Source: Desulfomonilia bacterium (GTDB taxonomy: Bacteria > Desulfobacterota > Desulfomonilia > UBA1062). Taken from it: a stretch of DNA of 64,000 nt. Below the pieces are notes generated by a model. It was not told where the DNA came from. It searched no databases and saw only the letters and a list, made by a program, of their open reading frames with translations. Both the position numbers and the translations under genes were made by a program. Position 1 is the first letter of the stretch. The number at the start of each line of letters is the position of its first letter. The stretch is from assembly GCA_963664325.2 (NCBI GenBank), contig CAXXDQ010000007.1:160001-224000 (forward strand), read 5' to 3'. This document shows, piece by piece, positions 9,569-19,585 of this stretch.

Positions 9569-10777
9569 TTATTTTCCCTTCATCAGTTTATTGTATAGAA
9601 TCCTTGAAAATCTCTGGTGGCATCTGTTTTCAGCCATGGCAAACTTGTTCTCGTCGGGATTCATGGCCAGGATTTTTTCCAGTATCCTTATGGCCTCCTC
9701 CTTCTTCCCCTTGTAGGCAAGTACGTCGGCTTTTGCATACGGTATGTAGATATAATCAGGGTACAGAACCTCAGCCACTTCAAGGGATGTCATTTCATTT
9801 GAAAGCGATACGCCGGCAATGCCCATTCCTTTTTCAGCAAGCCATCCCGCATTTGTAATCATGGTCCCGAGTGTCAGGTTGGGTCCGAAATAAAAATACA
9901 GGGCATTCTCATATGAGCAGAAGAGAAGGAGGCCTACAAAGGTTTTCAGATACTTGGCCTGCGTAAAGATGTTTGCGAACTGCAAAGACCTGGCAAGATT
10001 GAGCTGATACCAGTAAGTGGCAGGGACACTGTGCGGCAGCAGCTTTTTGGCCTTGATGCCGTACTGTATGCCTTTTTTATAATAGGGCATTGCCTTTGTA
10101 TCGTGCTGGTTCATGGAAGACCAGTATTCGCCGATATAGTAATTCCCCCTGCATGCCCAGACCTGGGCCATTCCGTCGCCTGGATTTGAAGCGGCCATTT
10201 CATCGAGCATCTTCACCGAAGCAACGGCCTTGTCGATCTCATGCCGCTCCTTCCAGAGCTCATAGAATTTTTCCCATCCAGGTTGGCCGGTCATCGGCGG
10301 CAGAGCCTCTCCGACAGGAAGAGGGGCCACGGATTTTATCCATTGTCCGTATTTTGCGGTTATCTCTTTATAGCTGTAAAGGTTGGGAACCGCATCGATT
10401 AAAAGCTTGAATGCGACGAGGTCGTTCCTGTCTATCTCATGCGCCTTGACGGCGTATTTTTCGGAAAGCCTGTAATCGGCATTCTTGTTTGTGCGCTTTC
10501 CCTTAAGACAGTATACCTTTGAAAGCCAGAGATTGACCTCAAGATCGTCCGGTTTTTTTTGTTCAATGCCCTTCAGGCATGCAATAATCTGATCGATATT
10601 TTTTCCGCTGTAGTGCTTATCCCAGAGTGTCCTGAATGTCGCCCATCCGGGGTCGTTATTCGGAATCGGTACGTCCATATCCCATACACCCGCATAGGAG
10701 ACTGGTGATAGGCAGATAAACATGACAAAGAATATAACGGTTGTTTTCAACAGTACAGATGCTGAAATAAACTTCAT
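9569..10777 (-). CDS. Secreted TPR-like protein with an internally duplicated helical domain (TatT-like)
   Basis: Start at ATG 10777 after GAGGAGG; signal peptide; two PGW..F..LW..H repeats; TPR-like C-terminus. Confidence 0.6.
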   Translation of the reverse strand: MKFISASVLLKTTVIFFVMFICLSPVSYAGVWDMDVPIPNNDPGWATFRTLWDKHYSGKNIDQIIACLKGIEQKKPDDLEVNLWLSKVYCLKGKRTNKNADYRLSEKYAVKAHEIDRNDLVAFKLLIDAVPNLYSYKEITAKYGQWIKSVAPLPVGEALPPMTGQPGWEKFYELWKERHEIDKAVASVKMLDEMAASNPGDGMAQVWACRGNYYIGEYWSSMNQHDTKAMPYYKKGIQYGIKAKKLLPHSVPATYWYQLNLARSLQFANIFTQAKYLKTFVGLLLFCSYENALYFYFGPNLTLGTMITNAGWLAEKGMGIAGVSLSNEMTSLEVAEVLYPDYIYIPYAKADVLAYKGKKEEAIRILEKILAMNPDENKFAMAENRCHQRFSRILYNKLMKGK

Positions 10778-10986
10778 AAACAAAATACCTCCTCGATATT
10801 TAAAAGACCTTTTACAGGCCTGATGGTATATCAATGAAGATCGCTCTTTATCAAATAATAAATAGTTGAAGAATTTCGTCAAGCATGTAATCGTAAAAAA
10901 ACACAATTTTATTAATACATTACAGCAAATATTGATTAACAAAATTTACATTGATTGTAATAACGCAGTCAAGTCGGAGGTAACTA

Positions 10987-12192
10987 ATGAGTGTTCTTGA
11001 AGGAATCAGGGTGATAGAACTTGCACAGTTCATATCAGGTTCGCGCTGCACCCAGCTGCTTGCAGATATGGGTGCGGAAGTTGTCCATGTCGAACCGCCG
11101 GAAGGTCAGACTCTGAGGATCATATTCAGCCTGGTGCCCGGAGCGGAAAGGGGCTTCTCCGTGTTCAACAGGAACAAGTACGGACTGGCAGTCGATTTCA
11201 GAAAACCTGAAGGCAGGGATATAATCAGACGGCTTGCCTCGATATCGGATGTGTTCGTCCATAACCACATACCCGGCTCGCTTGAGAAATACGGGCTTGG
11301 ATATGAAGACCTGAAAAAGATAAGGGAAGATATAATTCATATATCCATTTCAGGATTCGGCGAGACAGGGGTATGCCCTGAAAGGGCCTCTTTTGACATC
11401 ATAACCCAGGCCACATCCGGACATTTCTGGAACGACCAGAAAGGCCTCAGGACACCGACCAATTACTGGGCAGACCTTACAGCAGGCGCCTATGCCGCCA
11501 ATGCCGTGCTGCTGGCTTTGATTCACCGCATGAAGACAAAAAACGGACAGCATATTGATATGTCGATGCAGGACGTGCTTTATTTCTCAAATTACAGGGC
11601 CATGCTCGACAGGGCTATAGGACCGTCAATTGATGATGCAAGCAGAACGCTCGGCAGGATGCCCAAGGATGTCCTTAATTCCGATGACCGCATGCCTTTT
11701 TATGGCTTTTTCAGGACTTCGGACGGAAAGGTTGCAATAGTGTCCATAACATCGAGACAGTGGAATGACCTGGCGGAAATCGTGGGCAGGCCTGAGCTGA
11801 AGAATGACCCGGAATACAACAACCTGATTTCCCAGATACATAATCACGATGAAGCGGTTGCAATGATCGAAGGATGGACCATTCAGCATACTTCAGCGGA
11901 CGTCGTTGCCGCGCTTGAAAAGAGAAAAGTACCCTGCGGCATGGCATATACTTCCGAGCAGGTGAACCGGGACGAAAACCTGAAGTCACGCGGGATGCTG
12001 GCCTCAATAGCCCATCAGGATTTCGGTGAAGTCGACATACCGGGCATACCCTATAAATTTTCGAATATCTCCGGTTCCCTCAGGATGCCGGGACCGGGCC
12101 TCGGTGAACATAATCACCTGATATTAAAAGACTGGCTGGGCTATTCAGAGGAGGAACTGGAAGAACTCAGGAAAAAGACGATAATAAAATGA
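10987..12192 (+). CDS. CoA transferase family III (CaiB/BaiF)
   Basis: LEGIRVIELAQ, LLADMGAEVVHVEPP, NRNK, WADLTAG catalytic Asp, PGLGEHN. Confidence 0.95.
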   Translation: MSVLEGIRVIELAQFISGSRCTQLLADMGAEVVHVEPPEGQTLRIIFSLVPGAERGFSVFNRNKYGLAVDFRKPEGRDIIRRLASISDVFVHNHIPGSLEKYGLGYEDLKKIREDIIHISISGFGETGVCPERASFDIITQATSGHFWNDQKGLRTPTNYWADLTAGAYAANAVLLALIHRMKTKNGQHIDMSMQDVLYFSNYRAMLDRAIGPSIDDASRTLGRMPKDVLNSDDRMPFYGFFRTSDGKVAIVSITSRQWNDLAEIVGRPELKNDPEYNNLISQIHNHDEAVAMIEGWTIQHTSADVVAALEKRKVPCGMAYTSEQVNRDENLKSRGMLASIAHQDFGEVDIPGIPYKFSNISGSLRMPGPGLGEHNHLILKDWLGYSEEELEELRKKTIIK

Positions 12193-12196
12193 TACA

Positions 12197-12766
12197 TCAG
12201 TTATCGAGAACATAATGGAAACCGACTTCTATCTTGATACTGTCATCACGGGGCTCGAACGGACTTGCGTCGAGCACGGCCTTTGACGACACATGATCAA
12301 GAATTTTATAGCCCGAGCTTTTTGTCACTTTTAGGGAAGAGACATTGCCTGAACTGTCTATAATGAATGTTACCTGTACATATCCCTGCACGCCTTCATC
12401 TATGGCTTCCCGGGGATAACTGTAGTTGACCAGTATTTTCCCTTTGACCCTGCCGTAATAGCTGAAGTCGGCTTTGTTGCTGAGCTCAACCGGAACCCCG
12501 TTTACTTTGTCCGTCTTCTCATCCGGATATTCGGAATTGTCCGGTTTCTTCTGAACTTCCTTGGTTTTCTGATAGCTGATGTCAAAATCGGGCTGAGTTG
12601 TTTTTTCTGTTTTGAGCGGTTTTGTGTCAGATGGAGAATCGACCAGGGCCACTTTAATTACCTGGGGGATTTTATACAGTCCGTGATTCGCCATGAGCTC
12701 GAATGGAATAACGGCTGCGATATGCAGGAGTATGGACAGGGCAAGACATGCATAGAACCTTTTCAT
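12197..12766 (-). CDS. tonB: Energy transducer TonB
   Basis: N-terminal TM with SILLH; C-terminal YPREA...GVQG...KSSGYKILD. Confidence 0.8.
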   Translation of the reverse strand: MKRFYACLALSILLHIAAVIPFELMANHGLYKIPQVIKVALVDSPSDTKPLKTEKTTQPDFDISYQKTKEVQKKPDNSEYPDEKTDKVNGVPVELSNKADFSYYGRVKGKILVNYSYPREAIDEGVQGYVQVTFIIDSSGNVSSLKVTKSSGYKILDHVSSKAVLDASPFEPRDDSIKIEVGFHYVLDN

Positions 12767-12887
12767 ATATTTTCAATTTACTGTTACGTCATTTCAGAGT
12801 CAAGGAGTGTTAATGAGATTTTGACTGCCGGATGGACCCGATCCCGCGAGGGCCGTGAACTTGCCTTTCGGCGGTTTGTTTGCTGTC

Positions 12888-14873
12888 CTAGTTTAGAGCT
12901 TTTGCAACGATTTCGGCAATATCCATGACAGCAACCTTTTCAGCCTTCATATCCTTGATGCCGTCATCGAACATGGTCATGCAGTAAGGGCAGGTTACGC
13001 AAAGAGTGTCGGGGTGATATGAAAGGGCCTCGGCCACACGGTTAAGATTGATGCGTGTTCCCAGGTGCTCTTCCATCCACATCCGTCCTCCGCCTGCACC
13101 GCAGCAGAAGGATTTCTCGTGGTTGCGTTCCATTTCAACGGGTTTTCTCCCGGTGACACTGCCGATGACCCTGCGCGGCGGATCATATATGTTGTTATGA
13201 CGGCCGAGATAGCAGGAATCATGGAATATAACCCTGCCCATATCCACCGGTGTTTTGAGCTTCAGCCTGCCCGCTGCAATCAGCTCATTTATAAAATCGG
13301 AATGATGAACAACTTCAGCGTCCATACCGTACTGCCTGTAATCGTTATTGAGCGTCGAATAACAGTGCGGGCACATGGTTATGATTTTCTTTACACCTTT
13401 TTCAGAGAAGAGCTTGACATTGCGCTTTGCCATAACATCGAAGACATACTCGTTGCCAAGCCTGCGGAGGCTGTCACCGCAGCATGCCTCATCCCTGCCG
13501 AGTATGCCGTATGAAACACCTGCCGCATCCAGTATACTGGCCATCGCAATGCTGACCTGCTTGCTCCGGGAATCGAACGCCCCTGCGCATCCCACATAAA
13601 AGAGGTATTCCATGGAACTCTCAAAGGTCTTGACATCAACCTGTGAACACCATTTTGTCCTTTCGGTCGGGGCTATTCCCCACGGATTGCTTCTCTGTTC
13701 CATGTTCTCGAACAGGTTGAGGAGCTCTTCGGGAAACTGCGATTTCATCTCCACGAGATTGCGCCTTAACAGAAGGATCTTGGGCATCTGCTCGATGAAC
13801 ACGGGACAGACCTCCATGCATGCCCCGCAGGATGTGCATGACCATATCTGGTCCTCGCTTATGCAGCCTTCGCCTGCGTCACCGATAAGCGGAAGCTGGG
13901 GCTTTCCGCCTGCCTTGATGGGCGGGCCGTTAACCAGAAGGTTTACCTTGAGGTCATGAATGACCTGCCTGGGGTTTAACGGTTTGCCGGTAACGGATGC
14001 CGGGCATGCCATCTGGCACCGGCCGCATTCGGTGCAGGAGTATGAGTCGAAAAGGTCTTTCCATGTAAAATCTTCAAGGGTTTCGGCTCCGAACCTTCCA
14101 CCTTTCACAAAAGTCTCCAGCGGCAGGGTATTGGCCTTTTCAAAGCGCCTTAAATAGCAGTTCGGAATGGAAGACAGGATGTGCATATGTTTGCTGTATG
14201 GCAGATAGTTTAGGAAAAAGAGGAATATTAATGCATGAAGCCACCACCAGAATTCTATTAACCGGTGTGCCTTTTCAGGGCTTATATTAAAATAAAACAT
14301 GGAACAGACTGCATGCGAGACAGGCATCAAGGCTTTTTCTTCGCCGACTGCAATCTCGAGGCCGTGTAGGTTGAAATAGGCAATCATAAGGCCTGCTATC
14401 AGGGACAGGATTATGTAGGCGTCGAAGGTCATGGAACCGGGGTAGGGCGGCGCTATCGCCCGCCTGATGCCGGCAATGATTACACAAGCAAACGCCAGCA
14501 GCGAGAATAGATCGAAGATGAAATATAAGGGGTTGCTGATTACTGCCGGCAACATCCTGAAGCTGACGGCCGGAAAGAGTCCTCTCAGTACGAATTCGGC
14601 ATTTGCGAGCAAGAGGACCATGAATGACCAGAACAATATGAAATGATTGAGCCCGAACGGTTTCTGCAGCACCCTTTTCTGGGCAAACGCATATATGAAT
14701 GTATCCCTGAGCCTGATTCCGGGCCTGTTGAAACGGTTTTCAGGCCGGCCGATGGATATCAGCCCGAAACGGCGGAAACAGCTCCACAGGAATACAAGCA
14801 TGGCAGCCAGAAAAACGAAAGCAAATATGACTGGCTTAGTTATCATTTTTTCAATAATCATTATATCTGACAT
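12888..14873 (-). CDS. Membrane FeS oxidoreductase (FadF/DUF224, ETF:(methyl)menaquinone oxidoreductase-like)
   Basis: N-terminal cytochrome-b-like TM domain with His ligands (LPYSKHMH), two CxxCxxCxxxCP motifs, two CCG domains; follows etfBA. Confidence 0.9.
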   Translation of the reverse strand: MSDIMIIEKMITKPVIFAFVFLAAMLVFLWSCFRRFGLISIGRPENRFNRPGIRLRDTFIYAFAQKRVLQKPFGLNHFILFWSFMVLLLANAEFVLRGLFPAVSFRMLPAVISNPLYFIFDLFSLLAFACVIIAGIRRAIAPPYPGSMTFDAYIILSLIAGLMIAYFNLHGLEIAVGEEKALMPVSHAVCSMFYFNISPEKAHRLIEFWWWLHALIFLFFLNYLPYSKHMHILSSIPNCYLRRFEKANTLPLETFVKGGRFGAETLEDFTWKDLFDSYSCTECGRCQMACPASVTGKPLNPRQVIHDLKVNLLVNGPPIKAGGKPQLPLIGDAGEGCISEDQIWSCTSCGACMEVCPVFIEQMPKILLLRRNLVEMKSQFPEELLNLFENMEQRSNPWGIAPTERTKWCSQVDVKTFESSMEYLFYVGCAGAFDSRSKQVSIAMASILDAAGVSYGILGRDEACCGDSLRRLGNEYVFDVMAKRNVKLFSEKGVKKIITMCPHCYSTLNNDYRQYGMDAEVVHHSDFINELIAAGRLKLKTPVDMGRVIFHDSCYLGRHNNIYDPPRRVIGSVTGRKPVEMERNHEKSFCCGAGGGRMWMEEHLGTRINLNRVAEALSYHPDTLCVTCPYCMTMFDDGIKDMKAEKVAVMDIAEIVAKALN

Positions 14874-16210
14874 GCCCTCGCCATCCCCCTGGCAGCCTTC
14901 AACTGCCGAATATGCTCGGTTATCGCGGGTACGATCTGGAACAGATCGCCGACGATTCCGTATGTTGCCACCTCGAATATCGAAGCTTCACGGTCGCGGT
15001 TGATGGCAATTATCAGGTCGGAATCCTGCATGCCTACAAGGTGCTGGATTGCGCCGCTGATGCCGCAGGCGATATATATCTTTGGACGTACAGTCTTGCC
15101 TGTCTGCCCGACTTGACGCTCTACCGGCATCCATCCGGCATCAACCGCGCTTCTTGAACAGGCCACGACGCCGTTCAGTTCCGTGGCCAGTTCCTGGAGT
15201 ATTTTGAAATTTTCAGCAGCCATCATGCCGCGGCCCCCCGATACGATGAATTCCGCACCCGAGATGTCTATGTTCTCCTTGTTTGATGCATCGGTTATGA
15301 CCTCAAGAACCTTTGAAAAGACATCTTCTTCCCTGATTGAAATATTCTCGCGGACTATTTCTCCCGAGGCATCATCAACTCTTGCCGGCATCGGCATGAC
15401 ATGAGGGCGCACCGAGGCCATCTGCGGACGGCGCTGTTCGCATAAGATAGTCGCCATTATGTTTCCGCCGAATGCGGGACGGGTCTGAAGAAGCTGTCTT
15501 TTCTCATCTATGCCGAGGCCTGTACAGTCTGCGGTGAGGCCCGTTTTAAGACGTGTTGCAACCGCGCCGGCAAGATCTCTGCCCAGTCCCGTTGCGCCCA
15601 TAAGTATGACTTCCGGCCTGTACTTATCTGCAAGTGATGTGAATGCCTCAAGGTATGTAGCCGTACGGTAGTCATGAAGAATGGCGTTATCAATCAGATA
15701 AACCTTGGAAGCCCCGTAAGTGAATGCTTCATGACAGATATTCTCCACATTATGACCGATTACAACGGCGCAAAGCTCTACCTTAAGCGACGACGCAAGC
15801 TGTGAACCCACACCCAGAAGTTCCCAGGACACCTTTGCAGGAATACAGTCCGTCTGCTCGACAAAGACCCATACGCCCCGGTAGCGCGCAAGAAATTTGT
15901 TAAGCCTGTCTTCTTCGGTTTCCTCTGCAAATTCAGGCGTTGTCCGGGGTTTCTCATTGGCGAACTGTTTGAGAGTTTCAAGCTCCTCGGGTGTGAAGTA
16001 CAACTCAAGGGCTTCCGCCGGACAGATCTTTATACATTTCTGGCAGCCGATGCATTTTTCTGCGTTGATCAGAGGCTCACCTTTGGCATCCATGACGATA
16101 GCATCCGTAGGACAGGAACTTTCGCAACGGCCGCCGCAGGCGATGCATTTATTGGGGAGAAGGATTACCCCGCCCCTTGGTTTTTTTAATTTTTTCGGTT
16201 TTTCATCCAT
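14861..16210 (-). CDS. etfA: Electron transfer flavoprotein alpha subunit with N-terminal 2[4Fe-4S] domain
   Basis: CIACGGRCESSCP and CIGCQKCIKICP; GLTADCT, RPAFGG, QVGQTGK, GISGAIQH. Confidence 0.95.
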   Translation of the reverse strand: MDEKPKKLKKPRGGVILLPNKCIACGGRCESSCPTDAIVMDAKGEPLINAEKCIGCQKCIKICPAEALELYFTPEELETLKQFANEKPRTTPEFAEETEEDRLNKFLARYRGVWVFVEQTDCIPAKVSWELLGVGSQLASSLKVELCAVVIGHNVENICHEAFTYGASKVYLIDNAILHDYRTATYLEAFTSLADKYRPEVILMGATGLGRDLAGAVATRLKTGLTADCTGLGIDEKRQLLQTRPAFGGNIMATILCEQRRPQMASVRPHVMPMPARVDDASGEIVRENISIREEDVFSKVLEVITDASNKENIDISGAEFIVSGGRGMMAAENFKILQELATELNGVVACSRSAVDAGWMPVERQVGQTGKTVRPKIYIACGISGAIQHLVGMQDSDLIIAINRDREASIFEVATYGIVGDLFQIVPAITEHIRQLKAARGMARACQI

Positions 16211-16253
16211 CCCTGATTCATCTCATCAGCCATATTCGCTAACCGTCTCAACA

Positions 16254-17066
16254 TCACAAGGTAAGCAGCTCTTTCTGGACAAGCCTTTCAACCAGTATCT
16301 TTGCAGCACCTTCCGGGTCATTGGCACCGTCACCGAGTATCTCGCCCTGTTCACGCTCAGGTGAAAAGATCCTTCTTACCGTCGTGGGTGAACCTTTCAA
16401 TCCGATCAGGCCGGCATCAAGGTTCATTTCCGAGTTGTCCCAGGTGGCAACAGGAAGGTCCATGGCTTCAAGCCGCCCGGGCACAGTCGGATAGCGCGGT
16501 TTGTTGATCTCCCTGACAAGGGTCAGAAGCGCTGGCAGCCTGGATTCCACAATTTCGTGACGGCCTTCGAGCTTTCTGCGTACAATGATCCTCCTGTTTT
16601 TCAGATCCAGTTCTTCAATACGGTCAACCAGGGTCAGGGGAACAAGGTCGAGCCGGATCGCAATGCCGGGTCCAACCTGGGCTGTATCTCCGTCGATGGT
16701 CTGCTTGCCGCAAACAACAAGGACAAGCTCATCCTTCAGGGCAAGCTTCCTGATTGCTTCTGAAAGTACCATGCTGGTGGCCAGCGTATCGGCCCCGCCG
16801 AAAGCGCGGTCCGATAAGAGGACTGCTTCATCTGCACCCAGTGACAGAGCCTTGCGGAGCGTCATTTCGGCATTCGGCGGTCCCATTGAAATTGCGGCAA
16901 CACGAATACCGAACCGGTCCTTCAGACGCAGCGACTCTTCAAGCGCGTGAGTGTCAAAAGGATTCATGATGAAGGGGATGCCTTCACGGATAAGAGTGTT
17001 TGTAACCGGGTCTATCTTTACCTGGGTCGTGTCGGGCACCTGTTTTACGCATGCGACTACCAGCAT
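16254..17066 (-). CDS. etfB: Electron transfer flavoprotein beta subunit
   Basis: CVKQVPDT, NPFD, GADTLAT, GKQTIDGDTAQVGP. Confidence 0.97.
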   Translation of the reverse strand: MLVVACVKQVPDTTQVKIDPVTNTLIREGIPFIMNPFDTHALEESLRLKDRFGIRVAAISMGPPNAEMTLRKALSLGADEAVLLSDRAFGGADTLATSMVLSEAIRKLALKDELVLVVCGKQTIDGDTAQVGPGIAIRLDLVPLTLVDRIEELDLKNRRIIVRRKLEGRHEIVESRLPALLTLVREINKPRYPTVPGRLEAMDLPVATWDNSEMNLDAGLIGLKGSPTTVRRIFSPEREQGEILGDGANDPEGAAKILVERLVQKELLTL

Positions 17067-17360
17067 ATCTCAGCCATTCCTTTTTCCATGCGCTGTGCAA
17101 AAACCGACGTAATGATTGAGCATAAAAAATGTAGTTTCCGTTTTACAACAATAAAGATGCGCCCTCACGGCGGTAATCTGCCCCGAGCCGTTGGCAATAA
17201 GATTAAATCTTATTAAATTCAAATCCGCATTCTCCTCGGAAGCTGTATCCGCAAGATTTTAATAACTGCCTTTCTTATCAATGTTCTTTAAAAAATTATT
17301 GGTTCCCTTGTTCGGTTCTCACCCAGCGTTGATAAGAAGCAATTAGTTAATTACGATATG

Positions 17361-17375
17361 GCAAATATGATACCA
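17361..17375 (-). promoter_or_regulatory. Sigma54 -24/-12 promoter for etfB-etfA-EMO
   Basis: Minus strand TGGTATCATATTTGC (GG-N10-GC); IHF-like TATCAGTCAGTTG just upstream. Confidence 0.75.
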
Positions 17376-17440
17376 TCGTTCCAACTGACTGATATTATAA
17401 TAATAAGATTGTTATGATGACTTCAGTAACTGGTCTTTAA

Positions 17441-17478
17441 TGGGGTATATTTACCCAGCAAAGGGGTATTTTACTCCT
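17441..17478. promoter_or_regulatory. Tandem palindromic activator (EBP) boxes
   Basis: TGGGGTATATTTACCCA (17441-17457) and AGGGGTATTTTACTCCT (17462-17478), 21 bp apart. Confidence 0.75.
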
Positions 17479-17718
17479 TCTTGCAGATACTCAGGCTTTT
17501 CTTAAATCAAGAAGTCCTGAGTGTAGATTGCCATGAGGCTTGCAATTGAAAAAATCAGCCGGAATATTCCGGAACAAAGCTGATCGCGGGCGATATCTCC
17601 TTGTTTACAGAAATAAGCGACAGAAGGGTAGGATTTATCTTCCTGAAGTGAAATGAATTTCAACTGAAATTATTTCAATATTGGTTAAGGCGCTTTTTTA
17701 TGATAACTGTATTTTCTT

Positions 17719-17931
17719 ATGAAATGCAGATTCGGCGATGAGCACATGTATGAATTACATGAGGGTGACTCCAAAAACAGGTGTTTCTTGTGTAAGGAAT
17801 CCTGTGAAAAGACATTCACTGTAAGGGAAATCAAGTCCCAGAAAATGGTTCATTTATGCAAAGACTGCATGGTCAATAATATATCCGACTATATTCTTGA
17901 CAATACGAGACCGTGGGAAGAATCTGATTAA
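17719..17931 (+). CDS. Small Cys-rich hypothetical protein (zinc-ribbon-like)
   Basis: CFLCKESC...HLCKDC; alternative start at 17746. Confidence 0.55.
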   Translation: MKCRFGDEHMYELHEGDSKNRCFLCKESCEKTFTVREIKSQKMVHLCKDCMVNNISDYILDNTRPWEESD

Positions 17932-19034
17932 TTCTGTCTTGGGAATTTCAGCAGAAAAGTGGTTCCCTCTCCTTCTTTGGAGGACACTTCAATCTGGCCG
18001 TTATGGGCATCCATGATTTTCTTGCAGAATGTAAGTCCCAGTCCGGAACCCTTGTAAGGTTCCCTCTTGCCAAGAACACGGTAAAAAGGCTCAAATATGA
18101 ATTGAATCTTGTCGGCGGGTATGCCTTTGCCGGTGTCGGTTATCTCAACAGTGACATAATATTCATCATAGGAAATTTTTGAAGTAATGCTGCCGCCGGG
18201 GTCCGTGTATTTGGTTGCATTCCCGATAATGTTGTTTAATACGCGCAGCAGGCTTTCAGCGTCTCCCAGAATTTCAGGAATGTTGTCAGGAGGAGGTTCA
18301 AGCGTAACGTTGATTTCCCTTTTTTCGGAAATCGGGGACATGTCTTCAATGGCGACCTTAATAAGTTCGGGAAGATTGACAGGCTCCTTTGATATTGAAA
18401 AGGATTCGCCTGCGACCCTGTCGATATCCAGCCAGTGATTGACCAGTTCTTCAAGGCTTTTGACGCGCTGGGTGCATTTGTTCAATATTTCGTCACACTG
18501 GGAATCAAATTTGCCGGCATAAAGCACCTTCATCGTCTCCAGGTACTGAAGAACCGCTACCAGGGGTGACCTCATTTCATGGCTGACAAATGTTATGAAA
18601 CTTTTTTCGAAGAGTTCCTTATCCTCTCTGAGCCTTCTGGCCTCTATTTTGAGGCTCCGGTGCTCAAGCCCGCGCTGGGCCAGGACCCTTAACTGGTCCG
18701 GAATAAAGGGCTTTGGAAGATAATCATAAGCCCCTTTTTTCATCGCCTCCACTGCCGAGACAATAGTGGCATATCCTGTTATAACCACAAGGACAATATC
18801 CGGGATGTCTTTTGAAAGGACTTCGAGAACTTCCATGCCGGTCATGCCTGGCATTTTGAGGTCCAGAAAGACCATGTCAGGCTTTCTTTCCCGGGCAAGT
18901 CTGATGCCGTCGGTTCCCTCCGGAGATGTAATCACCTCAAAGCCTGATTTCAAAAGGGTTTGAGAGCACCCGTCCCTGATGGATTCCTCATCGTCGATAA
19001 TCAGGATGAGTGCAGGTTTTCCCGGTTCCGTCAT
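17928..19034 (-). CDS. Hybrid receiver-histidine kinase
   Basis: N-terminal REC (IDDE, LDLKMPG, LPKPF), HisKA VSHEMRSPL, HATPase boxes. Confidence 0.95.
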   Translation of the reverse strand: MTEPGKPALILIIDDEESIRDGCSQTLLKSGFEVITSPEGTDGIRLARERKPDMVFLDLKMPGMTGMEVLEVLSKDIPDIVLVVITGYATIVSAVEAMKKGAYDYLPKPFIPDQLRVLAQRGLEHRSLKIEARRLREDKELFEKSFITFVSHEMRSPLVAVLQYLETMKVLYAGKFDSQCDEILNKCTQRVKSLEELVNHWLDIDRVAGESFSISKEPVNLPELIKVAIEDMSPISEKREINVTLEPPPDNIPEILGDAESLLRVLNNIIGNATKYTDPGGSITSKISYDEYYVTVEITDTGKGIPADKIQFIFEPFYRVLGKREPYKGSGLGLTFCKKIMDAHNGQIEVSSKEGEGTTFLLKFPRQN

Positions 19035-19040
19035 TTAAGG

Positions 19041-19430
19041 CTATCCGACCAATGCGTTTACCTGGGTAATCAGGTCATTTGCCATTATCGGCTTTGTGAG
19101 AACCCTCTCTACTTTCGGTGCATCATCCGTCGGCTGGTTCGGCTCGTCATAGGGGCCGTGAAGGTCGACGGCGCTCAACATTATCAGCTTTATATTCTTG
19201 GTGGCGTCTGAACCCCTTAATCTCGATACGACATTAAAACCTTCACTCCATGTCTCCATCATCATATCGACGATAGCAAGGTCCGGGTGCAGCTTGGTCG
19301 CAAATTCAACTCCGCTTCTTCCATCTTCCGCAACAAATACTTCATATCCCGCGTTTTCAAGAATAAGCTTGGTTGCAGTGCAGAAATCATTATCATCATC
19401 GATAATAAGGACTTTTTTCTTTGAGCTCAT
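19041..19430 (-). CDS. Single-domain response regulator
   Basis: IIDDD, VDMMME, TKP. Confidence 0.92.
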   Translation of the reverse strand: MSSKKKVLIIDDDNDFCTATKLILENAGYEVFVAEDGRSGVEFATKLHPDLAIVDMMMETWSEGFNVVSRLRGSDATKNIKLIMLSAVDLHGPYDEPNQPTDDAPKVERVLTKPIMANDLITQVNALVG

Positions 19431-19463
19431 CTTTTACCTCCTTAAGTATAATAAATTATGAGA

Positions 19464-19478
19464 GCAAATGGGATGCCA
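19464..19478 (-). promoter_or_regulatory. Sigma54 -24/-12 promoter for the 19430 response regulator and hybrid kinase
   Basis: Minus strand TGGCATCCCATTTGC(T). Confidence 0.8.
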
Positions 19479-19539
19479 ATATGTATTATAGCGATATTAT
19501 TAAAATAAATAGGATTGTTACTGATTCAACAGTTGTTGA

Positions 19540-19577
19540 TGGGGTGAATATACCCATATTTGATTCACTTTTACCCA
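19540..19577. promoter_or_regulatory. Tandem palindromic activator (EBP) boxes
   Basis: TGGGGTGAATATACCCA (19540-19556) and half-degenerate TGATTCACTTTTACCCA (19561-19577), 21 bp apart. Confidence 0.7.
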
Positions 19578-19585
19578 CTATCTTG

